IMG/VR virus record: IMGVR_UViG_3300008116_000004
DNA from: a virus
DNA: 64,000 bases
Strand: one strand, 5' to 3'
Shown: piece after piece, positions 9,178-18,998 of the stretch
Layout of the letters: every line of letters begins with the position of its first letter
Position numbering within the stretch: the stretch's first letter is position 1
Position numbers and translations under genes: made by a program
Notes under the pieces: model-generated
Seen by the model: the letters and a program-made list of their open reading frames with translations, nothing else
Database searches by the model: none
What the model was told of the DNA's origin: nothing

Positions 9178-12100
9178 TTATTCTGCTTCTTGGAATGTAA
9201 GTGAAGGATATGGAGGTACTATAACATCCGCTATTTTAATACCTGCATTATTTATTGATGGTAATTTAGGATCGTTAGAAGGTATACCCTGTTTAACCAG
9301 AACATTTTCTTCTTTAGTAATAATAATTGAATCTATTCTAGGCAGATAATTCTCAACATTATAAGAGAAATTTGAATCTGGCTCTATTGATATACCTGAT
9401 ACACCCCCTGTAACAAATGTGCTAAAATTATTTACAGGGTTAATGGTATACTGTCCAAATGTTGTATTACCTGAATTACTTACTGCAGTATTAGCAAATA
9501 CCGGTCTAATATCTATATGATTTCTTAGATCATAAGTGTTTGTGGTGTCAGATATGAATAATGGTATCTCTGCAGTTGCAATTGCTGATGTATTTGCAGT
9601 ATTAGCATCATCTAGTGGATAAGAATCTACAGAGAAGAAACCAGCTTGCGAAGAAGTAATATTTGCCTGGAAGTGATTAAGACTTACAAATATTCTTGAT
9701 GCAGATGTGATGTTATTTTTGTATGCAGGTTTTAATACTAATTGTGCATGTTGATAGTGACTGTCTCTCTGTCCGTTATCTAAAACGAACCAGCCAGTTC
9801 TATCTTGATTAGTATTAGCAAAATTTGACCCCACCCATACATTATTAATTTTATAAACATCCGGAAGACCTAAATTCCACGGTCCAGTAGAACTAGCCCA
9901 GTGTGAAGCACAGTTAATAGCAACATATACATCTTTCTTAACAACTTTTTGTATAGGTGTCGCAGATGTTCTGGTAACTGGAACTTGCGCGGCAAGTGAA
10001 TAAGTTGCTGCAGTGTTAGGATCAAAAGAAAGACTTACTGTTGCAGTTAATCTATCTGATGAGATTGTTAATGTATTACCAGAACCAGTAAAGTCAACTG
10101 GTGTACCTCTCTTAAAGAATAGAGATACGTTTGCACTTGAACCGGTAAACGGTGCAACTGATGTTACGTTAGGAGTAAGAGTGATACTGTTTGCACTATT
10201 GATTGCAGTAACTGTGCAATATGCAGGACCACCAGCTCCAGCTGATGCAGGCCATAATACATAAAGACCAGAACCTACTCTAAGTTTAGAACTAATATTA
10301 ACCGATGTAGATGTCCATACTAGATTGGAGTGTGTGCCGTTTGAAACCCCGCCTATTGCAGCTCCTGTTGCAATTTCACTTGACCAAGTATTAGAGTTAA
10401 AATACATCATTGGTACTAATTCATTAGCATCAGATAATGTGCCTGCACCATAGAAATATTTGTCAGGTCCTGCTAATGTGAAAGCTGCTGTACCTTTACC
10501 TGCAGAACGTGTAATATTTTGAGTCTGAGTTGTTCTGTAAGTAAATGTAGTGTCGTTAACACCTGTATTATTAGTTAATCTTTTGACACCGTTATAACCA
10601 GTAAAGTATATAAGTTTATTATTATTTGTATCGTTAATTTGTACTTGATTTTGTCCGTTTGCAACAATATCAGCATACACTCTACCATATGTACCGTTCA
10701 CATAAATGCTTTTTGCATTTGCAGCTAAAGATGAAGAAACGCCTGGTTTTGGTCTGTAGTTAAATATATAAACTCTATATTGTGCACTTGGAGTTCCTGG
10801 TGTGCCAGTTGAATATCTTACCGCTCTTACGTTAGCATTAGCAATAGCAACCGCACTGTATGAAGGTGCTCCTGAATAGCTTTGGTTGTTAGATAGTGAA
10901 TATTGATTTGCACTATAAATTTCTACTTCTGGGTTGTTAGAAATGTCAATAACACCAGAGAGATCATCTACTAAGAAATAATTACCATAATTAAATGTTA
11001 GCGCTTGACTGTTAGCTGATTCAGTTGTAATTGCTCTATCTGCAACTACTTTACGAATCATACTACCACCTTGACGTGGAACTCTATAACCGTCAATATA
11101 TGCTGCACCAGAAGAAATATTGTAATACATTTGTTCTGTATTAGAAGCATGAGCAGTAACATCAACATTAAATGGCTTAATTACATAATTGCCAGACTCT
11201 TCAAATGTTCTTGAAGCAATCATGTCACCAATAATACTATATTCTGGTTGTGTTTTTTGCTCTACAGTTCTACCATCATTAGAATCAAATTCAAGCACAG
11301 TAAGGAAACTATCTGGAATAGTTATACTATTATTGGTTGAATCATAATAAATTGGTTCTGGTACAAGTTTCAATCTATGTGCACCTGGTGCACTATAATT
11401 TGGTGACCCGATCGAATTGTCATAAAGAGATGGATCTTCTTCTGGCTTTACAATATATTCTTTTGTATTAAACCCAACTTTAATACCAGCAGCATTTGAA
11501 CTATGCTCTTTAATAATAAAGTTTGCTTCTGTTGTATTAAGAAAGAAACCTTTTTGATATATAACACCTGGGTTAATATGTAAACCGTATCCTTCACCAA
11601 GAGCATTAACTGTGCTGTTAGATGAAAGTGTATAAATTACACCAATTTTATTTGCTGAATTTAATGGTCCAAGTTTATCTTGTGCATATGTATAGACGTC
11701 TACCTGTTCACTAGATGTACTAAATGTATCAACTTGTACACCACCTGTATTACCAGATGCAACGTAAACTACATAAGCTCTATTTGTATTATCACTACCA
11801 GTATCTACAGCAGCTTCAGCACCGGTAAATGCCTGAAAAAGTGCAGCTCTAACCCCTGTAGTATTAGAAACTAGAAGATAGTTATTACTTCTTGCAGTTG
11901 ATGTGTTTGCTAATGATTCACTTCCAACTGCTAATATACCAAAGTCAAGAGTTGATGTGTTGCTATCTTTAAACTTTACTTGTGCAATATTAGGAAATCT
12001 AACAAAACCGCAGCCTTGTATAATAGTACCATCTTTATAGATACTATCACCAAAACGAGAAACCTGTTTCTGTAATATTGTTTGAAGCTGGGTTAATTCT

Positions 12101-12210
12101 CTTGCTTGTACAGCAGTAGATGGGCGGAAAAGAATACGATAGTATTGATTACTTTCGTTGTAATCATCATAATAAGGAGAAACATTTAAGTTTGTTTGTA
12201 ATTCAGCCAT
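9178..12210 (-). CDS. VrlC/DUF4815-like structural protein, N-terminal half
   Basis: NLNVSPYYDDY..YRILFRP..VQARELTQLQTILQKQ, APGAHRLK, RTFEESGNY. Confidence 0.75.
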   Translation of the reverse strand: MAELQTNLNVSPYYDDYNESNQYYRILFRPSTAVQARELTQLQTILQKQVSRFGDSIYKDGTIIQGCGFVRFPNIAQVKFKDSNTSTLDFGILAVGSESLANTSTARSNNYLLVSNTTGVRAALFQAFTGAEAAVDTGSDNTNRAYVVYVASGNTGGVQVDTFSTSSEQVDVYTYAQDKLGPLNSANKIGVIYTLSSNSTVNALGEGYGLHINPGVIYQKGFFLNTTEANFIIKEHSSNAAGIKVGFNTKEYIVKPEEDPSLYDNSIGSPNYSAPGAHRLKLVPEPIYYDSTNNSITIPDSFLTVLEFDSNDGRTVEQKTQPEYSIIGDMIASRTFEESGNYVIKPFNVDVTAHASNTEQMYYNISSGAAYIDGYRVPRQGGSMIRKVVADRAITTESANSQALTFNYGNYFLVDDLSGVIDISNNPEVEIYSANQYSLSNNQSYSGAPSYSAVAIANANVRAVRYSTGTPGTPSAQYRVYIFNYRPKPGVSSSLAANAKSIYVNGTYGRVYADIVANGQNQVQINDTNNNKLIYFTGYNGVKRLTNNTGVNDTTFTYRTTQTQNITRSAGKGTAAFTLAGPDKYFYGAGTLSDANELVPMMYFNSNTWSSEIATGAAIGGVSNGTHSNLVWTSTSVNISSKLRVGSGLYVLWPASAGAGGPAYCTVTAINSANSITLTPNVTSVAPFTGSSANVSLFFKRGTPVDFTGSGNTLTISSDRLTATVSLSFDPNTAATYSLAAQVPVTRTSATPIQKVVKKDVYVAINCASHWASSTGPWNLGLPDVYKINNVWVGSNFANTNQDRTGWFVLDNGQRDSHYQHAQLVLKPAYKNNITSASRIFVSLNHFQANITSSQAGFFSVDSYPLDDANTANTSAIATAEIPLFISDTTNTYDLRNHIDIRPVFANTAVSNSGNTTFGQYTINPVNNFSTFVTGGVSGISIEPDSNFSYNVENYLPRIDSIIITKEENVLVKQGIPSNDPKLPSINNAGIKIADVIVPPYPSLTFQEAE

Positions 12211-12219
12211 CGTATTCCC

Positions 12220-13728
12220 TTAAAAATTAAAATATAGCTTTACTTCTTCTGAAGTTATACCTGTTCTGTTGATAGGCTCTATATTATTGTAATAGAAAAT
12301 TTCCCCAGAAAATGGTACTAAATCTTTATTATTTATAGAGGAAATTACAGCAGTTTTACCTGTACCTAAAGATTGAACAGTTTCACCAGCTATAAACGTA
12401 CCCGATTCATTTAAAACGTAAATGTGTGTAGTGTTTGAATATAGTACTGTAGCAGTACCCTGTCTACCTAAACCTAATAAAGAATCTCCAGAATTAATAT
12501 CGCCTGTTTTACTACCAGATGCAAGAACAAAATTAGTCATCTGGTTAAATGTAGCACCTGTGTATAATTGAAGATTAGAAGATGCTTTTGGATTGTACAT
12601 CAACGATACTTGTCTATACTTTGCCCATGATGGGAAATTATCCGTACCAGTTGTTTTAACTGATATACCTAAGATATCACTACCTAATTCTGATATAGGA
12701 TCTGAACCATGGCCGTTTTGAGGTGATATAATAGTATAAGCAGTTGCATTACTACCGAAGTAAGAGTTGGATATTATAGAAACGTTAGCGTATGAATAGC
12801 TTAAACCCCTGTTAATAACTTCAATAGATTCTATCTTTGTAGTTGCTGTATTAACATGTGCGATTGCTTTTGCATTATAACCATCACCGGAAAAATAAAC
12901 ATATGGAGCAATATAATATACTGAAGTAGAATCTAGATTAGGAATACTATCAACTGTAGTAACATATCTACCAGTAGAGTTTACTGTATAATTGGATATT
13001 ACCGAGTATCCACCAGAACCGTTACCAGAGTAAATATATATTGCAGAGTTATTATATGCACCGCTTGTTGACGATGATGTAGCATTTGTTAAAATAAATT
13101 GTGTATTGCTAAGAATAGAAACAAATGTACCGTTAGAAGAAATGTAGTTATTGCCGCCATTATCAACTATTACTACATGAATTGCACCTGATTCAGCAAA
13201 TTGCTGTACGCTAACTGAAGGTACTATCGGTGCATAGGTATCAGTGCTAAATCTCTTATCGTTTACACTGTTGATTGTAAACATGTATTTCCACTTATAA
13301 CCGTCAGCGGTATCAAAATCACCGTTATTAATAGTTAAAGTTGGTTCTACTGTTGATGCTGTACCGTAATTATTAAAGAGACACTTATATACACGGTTAG
13401 TAGAATTAATTACATAGAAATCTTTAGTATAAAGATCTTTGTCTAAATGTGAGTAATAATCGTAAACTGTATTTGCTGTCCAATTTACTTTTCTAAAGAT
13501 ATAAGCAAAATTAGTAGTTGAGTCTAACTTTTTACCAAATAAAGTTTCTCTACTAACATCATAGAAAGACTCTTTAATTGAGGTGTTAGGAAGGGGTGGG
13601 TTATTATCATCTGGCCACTCAAAGAATTTACCGAATGAAACATAATAATGAGAGTTGTTGCTTGCAGCATCTGCAATCAATTCTTCAATAAATTTATTCT
13701 TTATATTTTGATTAAAAGTACCAGTCAT
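12220..13728 (-). CDS. gp8: Baseplate wedge protein gp8-like
   Basis: W..NTVYD.Y, FYV.....VYKCLFNN, DGYKWKYMF, GEIFYYNN..PI.R. Confidence 0.8.
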   Translation of the reverse strand: MTGTFNQNIKNKFIEELIADAASNNSHYYVSFGKFFEWPDDNNPPLPNTSIKESFYDVSRETLFGKKLDSTTNFAYIFRKVNWTANTVYDYYSHLDKDLYTKDFYVINSTNRVYKCLFNNYGTASTVEPTLTINNGDFDTADGYKWKYMFTINSVNDKRFSTDTYAPIVPSVSVQQFAESGAIHVVIVDNGGNNYISSNGTFVSILSNTQFILTNATSSSTSGAYNNSAIYIYSGNGSGGYSVISNYTVNSTGRYVTTVDSIPNLDSTSVYYIAPYVYFSGDGYNAKAIAHVNTATTKIESIEVINRGLSYSYANVSIISNSYFGSNATAYTIISPQNGHGSDPISELGSDILGISVKTTGTDNFPSWAKYRQVSLMYNPKASSNLQLYTGATFNQMTNFVLASGSKTGDINSGDSLLGLGRQGTATVLYSNTTHIYVLNESGTFIAGETVQSLGTGKTAVISSINNKDLVPFSGEIFYYNNIEPINRTGITSEEVKLYFNF

Positions 13729-15329
13729 TAAGTAGCCGTTACAGTTTCAGTTTTAATTGAAGGATTGAGAACTGTACTATCTATGATGACAGGACGTCCA
13801 AATACTTCATTTCCTACAGGGTGCATTACTTGTTTTAATATATCAATATATTTATCAAGAGATTTTTCAATTTGAACTTCGTATGAGAAGTTCTGATAGT
13901 AGTAACTATCAGTCAAATACATATCAGAATTTAAAAATCCTCTGGTATCTAACCAGTTACCTTCTTCTGTGCCTACTGCACCAATGTTAATACTTAGAGT
14001 AGCTATACATTGACCATTTGAATTATTAGTAAATTCTAATTCTTCACCTTGAGTATTATAACCAAAACCTGAATTATAAAGTCTCACAGTATCTACTACG
14101 CCGTTTCCAGTTGAAAGAGTGCCAGTAATTACTGCATTATTACCCCATATATTTCCAGAAGAATCTTTATATCCGTAACCTGTAACTCTGCTTTCATAAA
14201 CTCTAATAGAAAGATCACCGTTATAATTGTGATCTCCAGAAGTAACCGCAGTTAGTTCAGATATTGTTCCTATAACTACCGTGTTGTTTGTAAGTGCGTT
14301 AGCAATAACTGATTGCGAGTTTGCAGAGTTTAAATTAGCTCCATAAGTTGTTGCTCCTATAAGAACACTTGCCATAGGACCAATTAAATTAGTATTGTAA
14401 GTAAAGTTTGTAGTATTAGCTAATCTACCTATTTTAAACGATGCGCCTGTACCTGTAGTAGATGTGCCATTTGCAATAGAAATATTAGAATCTAAAGCAT
14501 AACCGTAACCACCGTTTATAATTTTAAATGTAATATACCCTTTAGATCTTTCTGGATCTTTAATAGTACTAACTGAAAACTTCAATCCTTCACCGGTAGC
14601 ATTTGCAGTTGATAAAATATCACTAAGTGCATGATTTTCAGTAGAATCAACCGCAGTAGCTGATATTGCCGATCCTTTAATAAGAGTTGCTTCACTTATA
14701 TCTAAACCATCATAAACGAGATATTCACCTATCTGAAAAGGTTGACCTGTAGGGCCGTCTTTTATATCATTAAGATAAAAAATATGTGCAACCTGGGTAC
14801 CGAGATATATCTTAGCTGCATTAGTCACGTATGCAGTTGCACCAGATGTAGTACCAGTTACAGTTTTGTTATTATATGAATAGTTAGAATCTCTATCTTC
14901 TACTTCAAAATACTTGTTGCTTACCCATACCCCGCCTGAGGCAATAAGCATGTTCTCTTGAGGAAGATATATTTGTGCTTCTACATTATAAAGCAATTTA
15001 AATAATAACTTAAGACCTTCTATAGAACCTTTAGCTCTATAAACATCTAGAATATGCTTTTGAAGTAATCTTTTGTTTGATAAAACACTTCTAGGAATAC
15101 CTCTCATATACTTTGTAAGAAAATGTTCTAGATAAGCTTCTGCTGCTTCATCTATATCATTTGTTTCTAGAAGATTTCTTACTTTGTAAAGAGGACCTTT
15201 ACCAGCCTGATCATCCATCCACTCATAATAAGCTTTAATAAATTGAATAAAGTTTTCACCTTCTTCTTGATAGAAGGCTGGAAACTGTCTGCTTACAAGT
15301 GGTGCGATCTTTTGAAGTTCTGTTATCAT
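13728..15329 (-). CDS. Baseplate wedge protein (gp7-like)
   Basis: QFPAFY..FIKAYYEW, YRAKGS..GLKLLFKLLY, DSYYYQNFSY..HPVG; lies between gp6 and gp8. Confidence 0.7.
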   Translation of the reverse strand: MITELQKIAPLVSRQFPAFYQEEGENFIQFIKAYYEWMDDQAGKGPLYKVRNLLETNDIDEAAEAYLEHFLTKYMRGIPRSVLSNKRLLQKHILDVYRAKGSIEGLKLLFKLLYNVEAQIYLPQENMLIASGGVWVSNKYFEVEDRDSNYSYNNKTVTGTTSGATAYVTNAAKIYLGTQVAHIFYLNDIKDGPTGQPFQIGEYLVYDGLDISEATLIKGSAISATAVDSTENHALSDILSTANATGEGLKFSVSTIKDPERSKGYITFKIINGGYGYALDSNISIANGTSTTGTGASFKIGRLANTTNFTYNTNLIGPMASVLIGATTYGANLNSANSQSVIANALTNNTVVIGTISELTAVTSGDHNYNGDLSIRVYESRVTGYGYKDSSGNIWGNNAVITGTLSTGNGVVDTVRLYNSGFGYNTQGEELEFTNNSNGQCIATLSINIGAVGTEEGNWLDTRGFLNSDMYLTDSYYYQNFSYEVQIEKSLDKYIDILKQVMHPVGNEVFGRPVIIDSTVLNPSIKTETVTAT

Positions 15330-17119
15330 TATTGTCTATAGATATTAACAGATACGTATACTTTATCGAAGTCAATTACTAAGTACTTATTATTTTGTAC
15401 TATAATATCATCACTGCTTAGTGTAGCGTATATGTCTATATTATTTGTATAATCCCATGCATTAATATCAAAAGTAAGTTCACCTGTATCATAGTTAACC
15501 GAACCTACGTTAGATTCAAGGATGATCTGTCTCGTATCTGCAGTAAGATAGTAGATTCTTAAATTACCTTCACCATCATCTGTAAGTCTAGCATCATAGT
15601 AAGTACCATCTCTATAGTACGTAAATAAACTACTTCTGATAACTTCTGTCTCGTTAACAGCATATGGTGTAGAAAATGGTCTGTAAATTGCATTTTCAAA
15701 CGAGAAGTTCACTCGTGTAGATGAACCTTTAGTAGGTGTAATTTTATATACTGCACGTATATCAGTTTGATTGCTAATAATAGAAGTATCAGTGTTGTCT
15801 ATTGCACTTACTAGTTTAGATAATCTTAAATCGCTACCAAAATCAGTAAGATTTGTATTGCTAAATTCTCTAATTTTAGTTACAACATCTGACTTTATCT
15901 GTGTAGCAGTCTTACTAGTCAATGATGGATTATATCTTACATCTGAAGTAATTTCAACATAAAGATATTCAGGATCAACAACTACCGGTTTAGTAGTAAT
16001 ATTTTTATCATTTAAGAATGATATAATATCATTTTTAAGCTCTGTTGATACTAAAGGTGATGTACCGTAAGGTATCATAGAAATAATAACTTTACCATAT
16101 TGTGGTGGGTTTGCATCTTCACCACCGTAAATATTAACTGTCTTAATTTGTGGATAGTTACCTACAATAAGATTAGTATAATCTTCTTTTGTAACTGCTC
16201 TGTTTTGAGAAGTAAAATGTCTTGGTGCATTTAACTTAATTGCTTCTACTGTTTCTCTTTCTGAACCATCTACAGCAGCAATATTAGTAGTAACAGTAAC
16301 ATTGTACAACCCATCAATTTTTGTTGATGATGTAAACGAAGATGCTTTATTACCTAATTCACCGTTAGTTGATCTGTATTTTACTTTTACTATATTACCG
16401 TTTGCAAGTGCTTTACCTGATATACCATCACCAAATACTATTTCATATTGATTAGCAGCATAACCTTGTAAGAAATAAACTTCTGAATTTGAATTTAGAC
16501 CATAAAGGTTTTCTGCAAAGTTGTATACTGTATTAGTAGAATCTGTAGATGACTTAATAACAGTAACTTTAATACTATTAGTATCTGCATTATCAGAATT
16601 TAAAATATAACGAGTAGAACCGTTAACAGTAAAATATTCTGTTACATTTTTACCTTCATAAACATATACTGGATCACTTTGATAAGTTCCACCGTTATTA
16701 AGAACTACTATTGATTCATCTGTAGAGAAATCCAATGTAGTATTATCTACAGTAGTTTTAATAGTATAGTTTTCTGGTATAACAACATACCCTGGAAGAG
16801 CAGTCCCGGTATTAATACTAAATGTTACTTTTGCTTTTGCAGAAGTTCTAGATCTAGGAAGATAGTTTAATTCTTTTGCATGTGATATGACTGAGTTTCT
16901 AATCTGTGCAGAATCAAGAAACATTTCACTCCCTACCATATTAAGATAGAAAGAGTTCATATAAGTGTTATATGAAAGTATATCTAACAATGCATTAAGG
17001 TTAGAACCTTCAAAATCGTAATCTTGAAATTCTGTTTTTGCCTGTAAGAAAGATTTGAGGTTACTTTTAATACCATCAAAACTTATTTCAGAAACATCAA
17101 GAAATCCTGTATTAGCCAT
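15329..17119 (-). CDS. gp6: Baseplate wedge protein gp6
   Basis: FQDYDFEGSNLNALLDILSYNT, EMFLDSAQIRNSVISHAKELNY, QNRAVTKEDY. Confidence 0.92.
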   Translation of the reverse strand: MANTGFLDVSEISFDGIKSNLKSFLQAKTEFQDYDFEGSNLNALLDILSYNTYMNSFYLNMVGSEMFLDSAQIRNSVISHAKELNYLPRSRTSAKAKVTFSINTGTALPGYVVIPENYTIKTTVDNTTLDFSTDESIVVLNNGGTYQSDPVYVYEGKNVTEYFTVNGSTRYILNSDNADTNSIKVTVIKSSTDSTNTVYNFAENLYGLNSNSEVYFLQGYAANQYEIVFGDGISGKALANGNIVKVKYRSTNGELGNKASSFTSSTKIDGLYNVTVTTNIAAVDGSERETVEAIKLNAPRHFTSQNRAVTKEDYTNLIVGNYPQIKTVNIYGGEDANPPQYGKVIISMIPYGTSPLVSTELKNDIISFLNDKNITTKPVVVDPEYLYVEITSDVRYNPSLTSKTATQIKSDVVTKIREFSNTNLTDFGSDLRLSKLVSAIDNTDTSIISNQTDIRAVYKITPTKGSSTRVNFSFENAIYRPFSTPYAVNETEVIRSSLFTYYRDGTYYDARLTDDGEGNLRIYYLTADTRQIILESNVGSVNYDTGELTFDINAWDYTNNIDIYATLSSDDIIVQNNKYLVIDFDKVYVSVNIYRQ

Positions 17120-17508
17120 TATCGTACTCTTCTTAAGACTAAATCTAGAGTTACTGGTTGAGTGCTATTTGATATAGCAAAAATAATAGAAGCACTGTAA
17201 GCGTTCTCATCTGGTAATGCTTTTACACCTACACTAATGAGATCTGCACGAGGTTCATAGTTTACAATTGTTTCTGTTATTTTCTCTTTTAAAAAAAATT
17301 CAGTATCTTTACTAACATTTTCAAATAAAGTCTGTCTTATACCAGAACCAATAAGTGGATTGAAGAATCTCTCGTAAGGATCAGTAAGAAGAAGATTACG
17401 TATAGATCTCTTAACTGCTGACTCGTTGGTAACCAGCACTAAGTCCTCCTTAACAGGATGGACATCAAAATTAGTAGGGATATCTGAGTAGTATGTTGTT
17501 GTAGCCAT
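17119..17508 (-). CDS. gp25: Baseplate wedge protein gp25
   Basis: AVKRSIRNLLLT..ERFFNP..GS..LFEN..NYEPR. Confidence 0.9.
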   Translation of the reverse strand: MATTTYYSDIPTNFDVHPVKEDLVLVTNESAVKRSIRNLLLTDPYERFFNPLIGSGIRQTLFENVSKDTEFFLKEKITETIVNYEPRADLISVGVKALPDENAYSASIIFAISNSTQPVTLDLVLRRVR

Positions 17509-17513
17509 TTAAT

Positions 17514-17521
17514 TATTTATA
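17514..17521 (-). promoter_or_regulatory. T4-type late promoter for gp25
   Basis: TATAAATA 5 nt before the gp25 ATG. Confidence 0.6.
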
Positions 17522-18998
17522 ATGATGTACGACATGCTTCTAGAAAACGAGGGTTGTATTTTTGAACGTCATTTCCAGTAGAAGAAGCAAGTCTCCAACC
17601 TTGTGAAAACGGAGTAGAACCGAAAGGTGAGAATGTTTCATCTACTATTACACTTGACATACCAATCATAAATGGAATAGCATTATCTGATCTTCTTAAT
17701 TCTATAGAGGATGAAGTGGGTACATTAAGTGAATTGCATAGATTAGATGTAAGAGTGTTTACATGCTGGCCGTAATATGAGGTTGTAGGAGGAGGAGTTG
17801 CTGAACCAGTTACCATTCTTGATACTACTGATGCTATTGAAAGAGATCCGCCAAAAGAAGCAAAGTTTTGCATACCGAAACTCATTACACCGGTGCCACC
17901 TTGTGTAGAGCCATATGCTCCAACTCTTCTACAGAATATCTGATCTACTGCAGGTAGTGAGACAGGCGCTTCTCCAAAGAATGATTTGCCTGCGTATGAA
18001 GGTGCAACCAGCATAGGATTATTTGCCATCTTTGATGTAGAAAGTCTTTGTCCAGTAATAACTTCAGACATAAATCCACCAATTGCTTGTCCTCCTGTTT
18101 TACCTAATAATGCATTTAATGCAATTCCGCCTAGAGGACCTAATGCTGCAAGAGCACCTCCTAGCGGTGTTTGATTAAGAAGACCAGCAATAGCAGATGA
18201 CCCTACTGTAGTGATTTCAGATTGCATAGTAGCAGTAGGATTAAGTATTGCACTTATAGTAGTAGGAGGTAACGTTGCACTTCTACCGTTAGCAATTAAA
18301 GAATAAGAATTTATTGCAGAAGTAATAGCACCATCACTGAGAGAAGGAGCATTTCTGTATGCACCTGAATAACCGTCAAAGTATCTTGAAGTAGATATAA
18401 TTTGTGGACCAATAACACCTAAAGACATACCTATATCAGCTGCAGAAAAATTAGTACCATATGAACCACTATTATAATCGTTATATGTTTGAATATTATA
18501 GTAAGAAGAAGAATATCTCTGATTAACTGATGCAACACCGTTTGCAAGATATCCAACTTTCCATATATCTTGTATATCACAGATACCTCTAATATTTCTA
18601 ATATATCTTGGTTGTCCTAATTCAGGAATACCTATTGTATCTGCAATATAGTATAAATCATTTTCACTTTCATTTACTGCTAGAATATAAAAGAAATTCT
18701 CTAGCACGTCCACAGGTATAACCCCGTTAGAAGCTAACTCTTGTGATTTTCTTTCTATTGCTTGACGTTCTAATTCTGTTAGAATATAATTATTGTTAGT
18801 GCGTACATAATCTCTACCAGGCGCGGGTGTGTTCTTCATATTAAGAGCTAACCCTGCAAGATTAGCTCCAATATTTACTGCATTATTAAACTGATCATTA
18901 GACGGTTTAATTTCTTGGCTTCCGTAGAAACCAGGCTGTTGAATTATCCCTCTTTGTAAAAGAGCCGCAACGTCTCTGTTAATAGTATAATTAGCCAA
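17517..18998 (-). CDS. Hypothetical baseplate-region protein
   Basis: 493-aa G/S/A-rich ORF between gp5C and gp25; no family recognised. Confidence 0.55.
   Translation of the reverse strand: MANYTINRDVAALLQRGIIQQPGFYGSQEIKPSNDQFNNAVNIGANLAGLALNMKNTPAPGRDYVRTNNNYILTELERQAIERKSQELASNGVIPVDVLENFFYILAVNESENDLYYIADTIGIPELGQPRYIRNIRGICDIQDIWKVGYLANGVASVNQRYSSSYYNIQTYNDYNSGSYGTNFSAADIGMSLGVIGPQIISTSRYFDGYSGAYRNAPSLSDGAITSAINSYSLIANGRSATLPPTTISAILNPTATMQSEITTVGSSAIAGLLNQTPLGGALAALGPLGGIALNALLGKTGGQAIGGFMSEVITGQRLSTSKMANNPMLVAPSYAGKSFFGEAPVSLPAVDQIFCRRVGAYGSTQGGTGVMSFGMQNFASFGGSLSIASVVSRMVTGSATPPPTTSYYGQHVNTLTSNLCNSLNVPTSSSIELRRSDNAIPFMIGMSSVIVDETFSPFGSTPFSQGWRLASSTGNDVQKYNPRFLEACRTSL

Noticed and set aside
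9175-9180. Genome-wide stop-codon reassignment
   Set aside because: The break is TAA, the main stop codon here, and core genes are intact under code 11.
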